In this document: one piece after another, positions 25,091 to 34,760 of the stretch
Position numbering within the stretch: position 1 is the stretch's first letter
Layout: the number at the start of each line of letters is the position of its first letter
IMG/VR virus record: IMGVR_UViG_3300009551_000042
DNA: 48,077 bases
Direction: 5' to 3' (one strand)
Source: a virus
Taxonomy: Duplodnaviria > Heunggongvirae > Uroviricota > Caudoviricetes
Translations under genes and position numbers: made by a program
Notes under the pieces: generated by a model
What the model was told of the DNA's origin: nothing
Seen by the model: the letters and a program-made list of their open reading frames with translations, nothing else
The model's database searches: none

Positions 25091-25618
25091 ATGCTTACTC
25101 GTAAAGCACCGCTGGACATGCTGTTCGCGCTGGTGGCGGAGCAAAACCGCCGCCAGCTCGATGCGATCAGCACGACCTATTTCCACGCTTGCCAGTGCGA
25201 AACCGTAACCGGTGGCGCTGGCGGTGTGACGATCACCCGCACCACGATTTCGACCGCGAACGCGAGCGACCTTGCAACCTCCGTTGCTTTGGTCAACGCG
25301 ATCAAGGTAGTCGTAAACAAGCACTTCGCTGACTCGGCTGCTCACAGCACCGGCACGGCGTCTGCTCTCGTGACGACTGCTGACGCGACCGATCTCGCGA
25401 CCGGCATCACGCTCGGAAACGCGCTGAAGGCTGCGTACAACACGCACCGCACCGCTTCGAACGTGCACTACAACAACGATTCGACCAACGCTGTCAGCTC
25501 GACTGATGCCACGGACCAAACGTCGCTCAACACCCTTCTGAACGAAATGAAGGGCGACGTTAACGCGCACATTGCGAGCGCGCCAACCGGTTCGTACATC
25601 AAGCTCGTCAGCGCTTGA
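25091..25618 (+). CDS. putative capsid decoration protein with three His-terminated helical repeats
   Basis: ASDLATSVALVNAIKVVVNKH / ATDLATGITLGNALKAAYNTH / ATDQTSLNTLLNEMKGDVNAH. Confidence 0.55.
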   Translation: MLTRKAPLDMLFALVAEQNRRQLDAISTTYFHACQCETVTGGAGGVTITRTTISTANASDLATSVALVNAIKVVVNKHFADSAAHSTGTASALVTTADATDLATGITLGNALKAAYNTHRTASNVHYNNDSTNAVSSTDATDQTSLNTLLNEMKGDVNAHIASAPTGSYIKLVSA

Positions 25619-25648
25619 TCCTTCCCGCGGTTGGGAGACCGCCTCACT

Positions 25649-26317
25649 ATGCGACTGCACAATCAAACTAACGAACCGATCACCTGGAACGACGGACCTT
25701 TCAACTACAAGTGGGAACCATTTGGTTTCGCTGAAGTTGACGAAAAGGCTGTCGAGCACATCCGTGCGCAAAAGGTAAAGGTCGACGTTAGCCCGGTCTC
25801 TCCGGAGAATCGTGCGCGCAGTGAGGCCGAGTCTGCCCAAGCCGCGGCGCTCAATAGTGATACGCGCAAGCTCAAGCAGGAGATGCTTGCAGCTTGCGCG
25901 GATCGTGACTCCGCAAAGGCTGAGGTCGAGCGCGTGAAGGTGCTGAACGCCTCGCTGGACAAGCGACTGGCGCAAGCAGAGTCAAAAGCCACTGAAGCCG
26001 CGGATAAGTACGCGGACGCCTCGACGGAGCGCGATGCGCTCAAGGCGGAGCTTGCTGGCCTAGCGGTTAGCGGCGTGGCTGAGGCTGATGTTGTTGTGAG
26101 CAAGGTCAAGGCACAGCTCGCTGACGCGCTTTCGAGCCTCGAACAGGCTCGCGCAGAGGCTGAGCGTGCGACGAAGGCTGAGCGTGACGCGCTGGCGAAG
26201 GCATCTGGCGCGGAGACCGCAGCGCTAGAGGCAATGTCCAAAGGCGACGCTCTGAAGGCTGAGGTTGCTGCTCTGAAGAAAGAGCTAGCATCGCTGGCTT
26301 CCAAGCCGAAGAAGTGA
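25649..26317 (+). CDS. coiled-coil virion-associated protein
   Basis: Small beta N-domain then a long Ala/Glu/Lys heptad pattern. Confidence 0.65.
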   Translation: MRLHNQTNEPITWNDGPFNYKWEPFGFAEVDEKAVEHIRAQKVKVDVSPVSPENRARSEAESAQAAALNSDTRKLKQEMLAACADRDSAKAEVERVKVLNASLDKRLAQAESKATEAADKYADASTERDALKAELAGLAVSGVAEADVVVSKVKAQLADALSSLEQARAEAERATKAERDALAKASGAETAALEAMSKGDALKAEVAALKKELASLASKPKK

Positions 26318-26341
26318 CGCTGCCGCGGTTGGAGCGCCTAG

Positions 26342-26773
26342 ATGGCCTTCTCTGCTGCACAGATTGTCCAGATCAAAAAGTATCTGGGCTTTCCACAAGT
26401 TTTTGAATCAGACAACTATCGTCTGATGGGCGCCATTCAGCTGATTGGTGCCGATGCAACGAAGCAAGCTTACGTCGAGTCGATCTTGACCGAGCTTGCA
26501 ACGGTTGACGCTGCGATCGCAGCGCAAGGCGCCTCAGGCGCCACGTATGGTGCTCTTAAAAAAGTCGATGAGGTCGAGTTCTACTCACCCAAAGAAAGCA
26601 GCACCACGACCGAAGACCTAGTCAGCTCAATGAAGCGCGGCCGTATGCTGTGCTCCCGCTTGAGCAGCGCCGTGGGTGTTCCCAAGGTCGCAAACTACTT
26701 CGGCACGCACGGCTACGCAGATGACAGCTGGGCTGGTGCTGACTTTCAGGTCGGCGCATGGCCGCTGGGATGA
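26342..26773 (+). CDS. probable head-tail adaptor
   Basis: Position and size (143 aa); IKKYLG N-terminal helix. Confidence 0.55.
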   Translation: MAFSAAQIVQIKKYLGFPQVFESDNYRLMGAIQLIGADATKQAYVESILTELATVDAAIAAQGASGATYGALKKVDEVEFYSPKESSTTTEDLVSSMKRGRMLCSRLSSAVGVPKVANYFGTHGYADDSWAGADFQVGAWPLG

Positions 26774-26776
26774 ACG

Positions 26777-27226
26777 ATGGCACTGGCTGACGACCTTATA
26801 GCAGTCATCTGGTCCATTCGTTCGATTCCTGGCCAGTTCGGGCTGCGCCCGCATACGGTCCAAATCATAAACCGATTTGCCTACGGTCAGCATACCGGAG
26901 ACGTCGATCTTTCATCGGCAACGCCGCTTGTTGAGCATGGCAACACCAATCCGAAAGTGCGATGGCTCGATGACGAAGCCCTCGCGGTAGGTGGTTTGCC
27001 ATCAGGCACGGTTGAGATCGGGCCCATTACTCCAAAGTTTGATGCCGGTGGTACAGCCCTTGCGACGCTCGACGCGCGCAACCTGGACACCGGCGATTCC
27101 TTGCATTTGCTCATTACGGGTCCAAAGCACCCGAGCGGCGCGCTCTACAAGGTAGTGCGAATCAACGCCGATCGAGCAATGCACTACATGCTTCGCGCTA
27201 CTCCGGTAAGCGAAAACCAGGACTGA
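26777..27226 (+). CDS. probable head closure/stopper protein
   Basis: Position; beta-rich 149 aa. Confidence 0.5.
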   Translation: MALADDLIAVIWSIRSIPGQFGLRPHTVQIINRFAYGQHTGDVDLSSATPLVEHGNTNPKVRWLDDEALAVGGLPSGTVEIGPITPKFDAGGTALATLDARNLDTGDSLHLLITGPKHPSGALYKVVRINADRAMHYMLRATPVSENQD

Positions 27227-27230
27227 CGCA

Positions 27231-27983
27231 ATGGGCGCTGACTCGATCGTCGATCAAACGGGCGGTCTAGTTTTTCCGCTCAACGCTGCGGACTACACGA
27301 ACACGCTGGCTCCGATGGATCCGGCGCGCTCGCGCCTGCTCGCGCTCTTTACGGCCGCAATCAACTACGAGTTGGCTGACGTCTGGAAGAAGATTACCGA
27401 CGGCTTGCCGCCGAACCATAAGCTTTTCGGCACGCGGCCCGTCCAGGACACTCTAGAGCTTCGCCCGTCGCCCAGCGTGATGCAGCAGCGCAAGGCAGCA
27501 TTCCCGCTGCTGTGCCTCCATCGCAGCGGGCGCGCGGCCTGGGACTTCTACACGCTCGAAATCGAGCGACGTATTCAAGACTGGTCGCTGCTGTACATCT
27601 TGCCCGCGCTCGACGTACAAGATCAGCGCCGCGTCGGGGACGTTCTTCTAACCGTCCCTGCGATCGTTCGTCGCGTGATCCGTAATCACGGTCACAAGGC
27701 GTTTGAGGACGGCAAGCTCCAGTTCTTCGGCGACGCTAGCGGCATTGGCGCCATTCGCCTCGTTGGCCAGACGGACATCGGCAATGCGCCGTTCTCCGAG
27801 GGCGCCGACGCACCGATCTATTACACGATCGTTTGTGAGCTACAGACTCACGAATACACCCAAGATAGCGCCGAAGAATTCGGCGAGTTCGAGGGCGCCG
27901 ACTTCACGATCGGCACAGGCGAAGCTGACGACATACTGCCCGATTTTATCGAGGCCTCTACGGACGTAATGGTGGACGAATGA
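27231..27983 (+). CDS. probable tail terminator/neck protein
   Basis: Position; FPLLCLHR pattern. Confidence 0.45.
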   Translation: MGADSIVDQTGGLVFPLNAADYTNTLAPMDPARSRLLALFTAAINYELADVWKKITDGLPPNHKLFGTRPVQDTLELRPSPSVMQQRKAAFPLLCLHRSGRAAWDFYTLEIERRIQDWSLLYILPALDVQDQRRVGDVLLTVPAIVRRVIRNHGHKAFEDGKLQFFGDASGIGAIRLVGQTDIGNAPFSEGADAPIYYTIVCELQTHEYTQDSAEEFGEFEGADFTIGTGEADDILPDFIEASTDVMVDE

Positions 27984-28372
27984 GCGAGGGAGAAACGCTC
28001 GACGACAAGCGCAAGGCGCGCAAGAAGCGCGCAGCAGAGAATCAGCCGAGACCTGTAGCCCGCAAGGGTAAGGGGCGCTCACCTGGCAAGGGTGTTGGCA
28101 TGACGCCAGCAACGGATCCAGCTGACGCGCTGGCGCAGATGCGTCGCAGCTTCTCTGATGTCTGGCTCGACGACGAGAAGAATCCAGCCATCAAATTGAT
28201 TGCCTCCGAGCATCACCTAGCCGCTCGACTCAACACCTACGCTGAAGGCCGTTGGCAGATTCGCCGCGTTGGTGACGACGCAGTGATCGCTCTAGTTGAG
28301 CTCCAGGACGGCACTCGGGAGACGCGCCGCTTCACACGCGGTGTGATCGATGACAGTTGGAAGCGTAGTTGA
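27980..28372 (+). CDS. hypothetical protein with basic N-terminus
   Basis: ATGA coupling. Confidence 0.65.
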   Translation: MSEGETLDDKRKARKKRAAENQPRPVARKGKGRSPGKGVGMTPATDPADALAQMRRSFSDVWLDDEKNPAIKLIASEHHLAARLNTYAEGRWQIRRVGDDAVIALVELQDGTRETRRFTRGVIDDSWKRS

Positions 28373-28844
28373 CGTCTCCAGGGTTCGCTCAGCTCACAAG
28401 AGATTTCTCGAAGCGCACGAAACGGCTTTCGATCGGGTTCTAGATCCTGGTCCGATTCTGCGTGACGTAAAGCAGCACATCGCCTCCGGCATTCTGCTGC
28501 AGATGCGCACGTTCCGGCTGATGCACAGCACGGACGCGAAGCTAATTCGAACGGCAAACCGTTCGCTGGTCCGTGTCACGAACACGGCCAAGTACGCATG
28601 GGCTCAAGAGAAGGGCTCGGGCAAGTACGGCCCCAAGGGAACCAAGTACCCGATCACGCCAAAGCGCGCCGGCTATCCGTTGCGCTTCTATTCATGGCGC
28701 CGCGGGACGTGGGTCTCGACGTACAAAGTAATGCACCCAGGCGTCAAGCCGACTCACTTCCTCGAAGTGGCGACCGACCTGGTGTTCCAAACGCGACTCG
28801 CGTTGTTGCGCGCTGCCATGAATTCGGCAGCGCGCCATTTCTGA
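28350..28844 (+). CDS. HK97 gp10-like neck/tail-completion protein
   Basis: AKYAWAQEKG and HPGVKPTHFL motifs. Confidence 0.65.
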   Translation: MTVGSVVDVSRVRSAHKRFLEAHETAFDRVLDPGPILRDVKQHIASGILLQMRTFRLMHSTDAKLIRTANRSLVRVTNTAKYAWAQEKGSGKYGPKGTKYPITPKRAGYPLRFYSWRRGTWVSTYKVMHPGVKPTHFLEVATDLVFQTRLALLRAAMNSAARHF

Positions 28845-28868
28845 TTTCTTTTCGGGAGACGTTTCACC

Positions 28869-29213
28869 TTGGCAACTCTGCGTTTCTACGCGCGCCACGA
28901 TCACCGGGTCTGGTATCCAGGACTCAAGATTCCAAACGGGCAGGCGCCTGTTTACTTGGGTCGCTCGTTCACTCCAGCGAAAGACGGTAAGCCGTCTGCC
29001 TCTCCAGCAACGAAGGATCCGATCGAGTGCCAGAGTGGCGACGTTGTCGCAACTCGCATCATTCGGCTGATGACGGTCGATCGACAAGATCCACCGTTCT
29101 TCTGCGCCGATGAACAGACCGCCGCGGAGTGTGGCTTTCCGTTCATCAAGGCGAAGTTCGTCGATGGCGTGTGGGTCGAAGCGCCGCAGAAGCCTGTCGT
29201 TTCCGTCGACTGA
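28869..29213 (+). CDS. hypothetical protein
   Basis: GGGAG SD, TTG start. Confidence 0.6.
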   Translation: MATLRFYARHDHRVWYPGLKIPNGQAPVYLGRSFTPAKDGKPSASPATKDPIECQSGDVVATRIIRLMTVDRQDPPFFCADEQTAAECGFPFIKAKFVDGVWVEAPQKPVVSVD

Positions 29214-29221
29214 AGGACTAG

Positions 29222-30772
29222 ATGTCTCTACCTGTAATTCCGATTACGGGTGTGGATGCGAATTACCGCGTCCCCGCCGTACTCGCCGAAATTGTATTCA
29301 ATCAAGGCCCTGCGACAGCCAGCGCGCCGACACGAAACGTGTGTTTCGTCATGCCCAAGCTGTCGAGCGGCAGTTGGACTGCGGCTACGCCGTATCAAGT
29401 AAAGAACGAATCAGACGCAATCACTGGCGCCGGATCCGGCTCCCCACTGCACCGTGCCATTCGCGTATTTCTGCAGTCCAATAAGGACGCGACGGTATAC
29501 GCCGTTCCTGTAACCGCGACGGCCGGTGGCTCCCCTGCCACGGCCACGGCCACGATCACGCTTGCCACAAATGCGACCGGTACCGGTACAGCAGTTGCGA
29601 CGATCGCGGGCGAGGACTGCTCTGCGTCGTTTGTCTCTGGCGCCACGCCAACAACCGTTGGTGACGCTCTAGTCGCTTCGATCAACGCGAAGACCTGGCT
29701 GCCCTGCACTGCGTCGAACGCAGCCGGAACTGTGACGTTGACCGCAAAGATCGCGGGCGCGTCGCAGGGAACTGGAACGCTAACTGTGCATCGTGTGCGC
29801 GTGACCATCACCACTGGTGTTGGCATGACCGCGGTTGCAAGCGGAGGTCTGGGATCGGTGACTGCTGGCGCAGACGGTTCCACGACCGAAGCAGCAAACA
29901 CGCTCGCCGCTCTCAACGCAATCGTTGCTCGTCGCTTCTACTACATGGTCTCAAGCGCGGTCGATGCGACAACGCTTGGCCACTTCAAGCTGCACCTTAG
30001 CACGAAGGCTGAGCCGCGCCGCGGCATGCGCTGTGTTGGCATTGCTGCCTATCCGGGCACACTGGCTAACGCGCAGACGCTCGCAACAACGCTGAACTTC
30101 CCGCGCCTGCAGGTCGCTTGGCAGCGTAACCCCGACACCTCGCCAGACGAGATTGCGGGCAACGTGGCCGCGATTCGCCAGAAGCGTGAAGCCGTGGATT
30201 CGGCCGCCAACATGGCCGGCTACCGCGACGCTGATTGGCTTATCAAACCAGCTTACACGACTAGCGATTGGCCTGACGACAACGACCAGAACGACGGCAT
30301 CACCGACGGCCTGGCTGTTATCGCGAGCGACGAAACCGGTTCTTACTTGGTTATGTCGGTCAACACGAAGTCGAAAGACTCGACCGGCGCCGTGGATGAC
30401 TTCCGCGCATGCGAGACGCATCGCGTCTCCGTGCCTGACGAGTTCGTCGACGAGCTTCTCCAAAACACTCGTCTGAAGTTCGGCCAGAAGAAGCTGAAGA
30501 ACGATGAGTTTCTGCCTGATGGCACGGTGAACCCGAACCAGCGTCGCATTCGCGACGTGATCACTCCGTCCATTGTCGGTGCGACCGTGAAGTCGCAACT
30601 CACCGACTACGAGAACAACGGGAAGATCCAAGACGCCGAACTGTCGAAGGCTGGACTCCAGGTTCTGAAGTCGCCCGCGAACGCTGCGCGCATTGAGTGC
30701 GGCTTCGATATCCACACCATCGATCACGCTCACCAGTTCACGTTCCGCGTGGCTGAAGTCAGCACGGGCTAA
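29222..30772 (+). CDS. contractile tail sheath protein (Mu gpL-like)
   Basis: I..VDANYRVP....E N-terminus, G.GS.L, A.GTVTLTAK..G, 516 aa, followed by the tube gene. Confidence 0.9.
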   Translation: MSLPVIPITGVDANYRVPAVLAEIVFNQGPATASAPTRNVCFVMPKLSSGSWTAATPYQVKNESDAITGAGSGSPLHRAIRVFLQSNKDATVYAVPVTATAGGSPATATATITLATNATGTGTAVATIAGEDCSASFVSGATPTTVGDALVASINAKTWLPCTASNAAGTVTLTAKIAGASQGTGTLTVHRVRVTITTGVGMTAVASGGLGSVTAGADGSTTEAANTLAALNAIVARRFYYMVSSAVDATTLGHFKLHLSTKAEPRRGMRCVGIAAYPGTLANAQTLATTLNFPRLQVAWQRNPDTSPDEIAGNVAAIRQKREAVDSAANMAGYRDADWLIKPAYTTSDWPDDNDQNDGITDGLAVIASDETGSYLVMSVNTKSKDSTGAVDDFRACETHRVSVPDEFVDELLQNTRLKFGQKKLKNDEFLPDGTVNPNQRRIRDVITPSIVGATVKSQLTDYENNGKIQDAELSKAGLQVLKSPANAARIECGFDIHTIDHAHQFTFRVAEVSTG

Positions 30773-30778
30773 TAGCCA

Positions 30779-31150
30779 ATGGCATTCACAGATTTTGCGA
30801 AACTCAGCGCGTTCTACAAGGGCAACGCGCTGACGAAGCTCACCTCCATCACCATCACGACGGAGAGCGGGCAACAGCGCGTCGACCTTCTAAACGAAGG
30901 CTTGGCGGGCTTTACGCCTGGCTCCGGCTCGGTAGAGATCGAAATCGGCTTTGCCGTTCCGATCGGTGGGCTTGAGGACACCTTTCAAGAAGACTGCGCG
31001 ACCGGCGCGATCGTTGAGATGCAAATCCCGATCGGTTCGAAGGATTACATCGGTCTCGGCAAGGTCATGAACGTGAAGATCAGCCAAACGACGGCACAGA
31101 ACGTCGAAGGCACATTCACCTGGTCTGGCCAACTCAAGCCGATCGAGTAA
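30779..31150 (+). CDS. tail tube protein
   Basis: 123 aa, beta-rich, immediately after the sheath. Confidence 0.8.
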   Translation: MAFTDFAKLSAFYKGNALTKLTSITITTESGQQRVDLLNEGLAGFTPGSGSVEIEIGFAVPIGGLEDTFQEDCATGAIVEMQIPIGSKDYIGLGKVMNVKISQTTAQNVEGTFTWSGQLKPIE

Positions 31151-31163
31151 TTCGCGCACACAA

Positions 31164-31292
31164 CCTGGCGCCGCGTCTGTGGGAGACGAATCGCGGCGCT
31201 GGGATTCCTTTTTACGTTGGCCCTCTTGGCGGCGTGTCGTCTCCCACCGATCCGCCCCTTGAGGGCTTTTCGTTTAGGGAGAAAACGAAATG
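31164..31292 (+). promoter_or_regulatory. two hairpins with 11-nt complementary loops followed by an SD-occluding hairpin
   Basis: CCTGGCGCCGCG/CGCGGCGCTGGG with loop GTGGGAGACGA 31179-31189; GCCCTC..GGCGG/CCGCC....GAGGGC with loop TCGTCTCCCAC 31237-31247; TTTCGTTT-AGGGAGA-AAACGAAA(TG). Confidence 0.6.
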
Positions 31293-31670
31293 TTGCAAAC
31301 CTTTCAGGAGCCGCCCGCGGTTCTCGAAATTCCAATTCCTCGCTGCGTGTCGCGTGAGCTGCATGCGCTAGCCAATCGCATTGGCCCGCGCACCTCTGCT
31401 CATGTGGCGCTCGTTGCGCTCGCCGCTACTCAGGTAAAGAACGTTGCTGGTTTTTCCGGCGGCTTCCATCCCGACGGTTCTGGTTACGTTGAGGTAATCG
31501 TGCGCCCCACGGCAACCTATCCGCTCGATACGCTGCGTTTGCAGGTCGAGAACCTTAGCCGCCGAGTTGATGGCGCCCACCCAGATACGATAATGCGTGA
31601 GTGGGCTGATACACCTACAGCAGAGCGCTCGGTTTGCAAGATCGTGAGGGACGATGTCCAAGCCACCTGA
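31290..31670 (+). CDS. hypothetical protein between tube and chaperone genes
   Basis: AGGGAG SD; no family recognised. Confidence 0.6.
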   Translation: MLQTFQEPPAVLEIPIPRCVSRELHALANRIGPRTSAHVALVALAATQVKNVAGFSGGFHPDGSGYVEVIVRPTATYPLDTLRLQVENLSRRVDGAHPDTIMREWADTPTAERSVCKIVRDDVQAT

Positions 31671-32466
31671 GGACATCTCACCAGCTGAGCTGTTTCTCAA
31701 ACTCAGCGAGCCTCGCCCGAGTGAGGTCATCGACTTCCCGCGCAAGGATCGTTTCGGCGATCCGGTTGGAAAGATCCGAATCCAGGTTTTGACCATGGAG
31801 GATCACAACCGCGCTCGCATTCTCGCTCAGCAAGCGCTGAAGAAGACTGTCGCCGGCTTCGGGCTTGAAGCGCTTGACCAGCGCGACATGGAGAGCCCTG
31901 CTGTCCGTGAGGTTCTAGGTGACCTTGTGGCTCACGAGATCCTTTGCATGGCCTGCGTCAGCGACAAGCCGACGTTTGAAGCGACGGACGAACGCCCCGC
32001 GGTCTATGCCAAGGTCTTCAAAACACCGGCAGATCTGCGACGAGTTCTGACAGCGGACGAAACGCTTACGCTGTTCCGTGCTTACCAGCTGGTACAGCAC
32101 CGCTATGGCCCTTTCGAGGCCACCACTGGCGAAGATGGTGAGCTTGAGGCGTGGATCAAACGCCTTGAGGAGGGTGCAGAGCACTTCCCTTTACTTCGCT
32201 TGGCCTTGCCTCAATTGCACGAACTGACATCGTGCTTTGCGGCAAGGATCTCTTTGCTATCCCACATCCTGGTTTCCCAGTGGGAGACCTTGCCGCCTAC
32301 TTTGGCGTCAGCCCTAGAGCCCTATTGTTTGGGCACTGGCTTGTCTGGCGCGCTTGTCGACGAGTACACGCGCATATCTTCGGAAAGCTCACGTGAGCCA
32401 TTGACCGTTGAGCAAGCGGCGCGCTGGGCGGAAGCCGACAAGAACGCGCGCCAACCTGAAGAGTAA
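31654..32466 (+). CDS. probable tail assembly chaperone
   Basis: Position directly before the tape measure gene. Confidence 0.6.
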   Translation: MSKPPEDISPAELFLKLSEPRPSEVIDFPRKDRFGDPVGKIRIQVLTMEDHNRARILAQQALKKTVAGFGLEALDQRDMESPAVREVLGDLVAHEILCMACVSDKPTFEATDERPAVYAKVFKTPADLRRVLTADETLTLFRAYQLVQHRYGPFEATTGEDGELEAWIKRLEEGAEHFPLLRLALPQLHELTSCFAARISLLSHILVSQWETLPPTLASALEPYCLGTGLSGALVDEYTRISSESSREPLTVEQAARWAEADKNARQPEE

Positions 32467-32468
32467 CC

Positions 32469-34760
32469 ATCACAACACTGACTTACGACCTGGCCGTAGT
32501 TGGTCGTAGGGTCGTTGAAAGCGAACTTGCAACGCTGGAGCGTCGTTTCGCGCAGCACGCCCAGCGTTTGCAGCGCCTATCAACCGACGCAGTGCGCGGC
32601 GCGCATTCTGCGGCCGGTGGTGGCGGTGGTGGCGGCGGACGCTTGCCGCGTGACCCGATGTTTCTACCGGGTCGCCGTGAGCAGATCGCAGCCATCCGCT
32701 CGCGTGAGCGCGCGGAACTGGCGTCAGCAAAGAACATTGCGCGCGCCAAAGAATCCCTCGATCGCCAGCGCTCAACGGCGCTAAACGCTTCGCACCGCGA
32801 GGAGCAGCGCACGATCCGTCAGCGTGTAAACGCTGAGTTCCGTGCCCGCGAACAAGCGCGAAACGACTATCACCGAGTTCGCCAAGAAAACAAGGCGTTC
32901 TGGCGCTCGACGCTAGGCAATAGCGCGGACAAGGTCATGGGCACAATCGGTGCCGTTGGCCGTGCCGGCGTTGCTGCGGTTGGACTGGGCGGCGGTGGAC
33001 TTGCTGCTGCGTCCGTGAATCAGGCGCTTCGCCTTGACGAGATGACTCGCCGTCTCTCGATCAACTCGCGTGGTCCTGGCCAAGCTGGGGCAAACCCCGA
33101 AGAGCTTCGCCGCACATTCACTAACCTTGGAATCGAGAGCGGGATCGCCCCGGAGCAGCTCGCCGGGGGCGCCATGAAGTTCGTTGCCAAGACCGGCGAC
33201 CTTGGAACGGCCATGGCGAACATGCGCACGTTTGCGATCACGGCGCAGGCCACTGGGGCCAGCGTCGAGGACATCGCAAGCGCAGCCGCAGACCTTTCCG
33301 AGAAGTTCGATATCAAATCGACTGAGGACATGGGCAAGGCTCTCGCTGTCCTTACCTTCCAGGGTAAGAAGGGCGCTTTCGAGCTGAAGGACATGGCCGA
33401 GCAGTTTCCCGAACTTGCCGCCGCGGCGCAACGCGCTGGTATGCGCGGAGTAAAGGGAATGCAGACTCTGGGTGGCCTCGCGCAGATCGCGCGACAGTCG
33501 ACCGGATCGGGCGCCGAGGCGAGCACGGCCCTACAAATGATGCTCACTCAGCTCACCACGAAAGCAGGTGACCTGAAGTCGGGCAAGGCGCTTGGAGGGG
33601 AAAGCGTCAACGTCTTCGAGGGTGGCGACGCCACAAAACGGGCGCGCGATATCCCCGAGGTGCTGTCCGAAATCATCAGCAAGAGTAACGGCAATCAGAC
33701 GCAGCTCGCTAAGCTGTTCGATGTTCGTGGCTTGCGTGCAGTTTCGCCGCTGATTAAGACATACCGCGACATGCACGATTCACTCGGTCCGAAAGCGACC
33801 GAGGCAGAGCGTCGTGCGGCGGGCAAGAAGGCTGTTCTAACTAAGATCGCTGTTGCGTCCGAGGGTGGTGGTAGCTGGGCGGACGTTGAGTCCGATGCAC
33901 GCGATGCCATGAAGGCAACTTCGGTGCAGCTTGAGCAACTCAAGATTCGTCTTGAGGCTGCTGTGGCTAGCTCGTTCTTCCCGCTGATGCAGAGCCTGGT
34001 GCCAGCTCTTGAAGAGATGGTCCCGCTGGTCTCCAAGGCGGCGAGCTTCATCGCAGCGCTTGTGCACACGCTTGCGCAGAACCCGATCCAGGGCATCGGC
34101 GCTGCAATCACGCTAAGCGTCACCAAGGATCTGATGGCTGCCGGCCTCGGTGAAGCTGCAAAGCTAGCGTTGATGAACGGCATCGGGGCTATGACCGAAG
34201 GCGCCGCGCTCGCACTGGCGATCGGCGCGTTTGAGGTCGGACAAATGGCCGTTAAGACCATGATGGTCGAAGCGCAGCAAGCTGCCGACTCCGCAACGGC
34301 ATCTGGTGACGAGGTTCGCGCCAAGGCTGCCAAAGAACTAGCCGAAAAGGGCTACCTGTCACAGGGTACACGCAACGAGCTAGAGGGCCTGAACCTGACG
34401 GAACAGTCCGTCATGTCGAAGGCCGACCGCTCGATCGCGGAGGGCCAGACATTCACCGGCATCGCCGGAATGGGCCTGCGCTCTCTTGGTGCAACTCTTG
34501 GTTTGAACGACGACACCGGAACGCTTGGCGAAGCCTCGAAGCTGATGACCACGGCGACCGATGAGAAGTACAACAAGGGTCACCAGGAAACGAAGCAGCT
34601 GCTAGACATGGATGCCTTTGCGCAGAAGTTCGAAGGCGGCGCGGAGAGCGTCCGTAAGATCATGGTCGAAGGCGCGACGGAAGCCGCGCAGGTTCTCAAG
34701 GATGGCGCCGCTGGTGCCAAGCCGAACCGGGGCGACAAGCCTACCGGAGTAAAACCCTGA
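32469..34760 (+). CDS. tape measure protein (TP901-type core); start appears to be ATC 32469
   Basis: Ala/Gly-rich helical; F..A..ATGA...D, GK.GAFELKDMA..FP.L motif; frame stays open upstream of TTG 32568 to (I)TTLTYDLAVVG, with in-frame TGA at 32457. Confidence 0.85.
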   Translation: MTTLTYDLAVVGRRVVESELATLERRFAQHAQRLQRLSTDAVRGAHSAAGGGGGGGGRLPRDPMFLPGRREQIAAIRSRERAELASAKNIARAKESLDRQRSTALNASHREEQRTIRQRVNAEFRAREQARNDYHRVRQENKAFWRSTLGNSADKVMGTIGAVGRAGVAAVGLGGGGLAAASVNQALRLDEMTRRLSINSRGPGQAGANPEELRRTFTNLGIESGIAPEQLAGGAMKFVAKTGDLGTAMANMRTFAITAQATGASVEDIASAAADLSEKFDIKSTEDMGKALAVLTFQGKKGAFELKDMAEQFPELAAAAQRAGMRGVKGMQTLGGLAQIARQSTGSGAEASTALQMMLTQLTTKAGDLKSGKALGGESVNVFEGGDATKRARDIPEVLSEIISKSNGNQTQLAKLFDVRGLRAVSPLIKTYRDMHDSLGPKATEAERRAAGKKAVLTKIAVASEGGGSWADVESDARDAMKATSVQLEQLKIRLEAAVASSFFPLMQSLVPALEEMVPLVSKAASFIAALVHTLAQNPIQGIGAAITLSVTKDLMAAGLGEAAKLALMNGIGAMTEGAALALAIGAFEVGQMAVKTMMVEAQQAADSATASGDEVRAKAAKELAEKGYLSQGTRNELEGLNLTEQSVMSKADRSIAEGQTFTGIAGMGLRSLGATLGLNDDTGTLGEASKLMTTATDEKYNKGHQETKQLLDMDAFAQKFEGGAESVRKIMVEGATEAAQVLKDGAAGAKPNRGDKPTGVKP

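Noticed and set aside
25073-30874. Long minus-strand ORFs (25073..25975, 25705..26304, 29395..29916, 29951..30874) and similar shadows elsewhere
   Set aside because: They lie antisense to well-supported structural genes in GC-rich DNA and have Arg/Ser/Ala-biased, motif-free translations typical of shadow frames.
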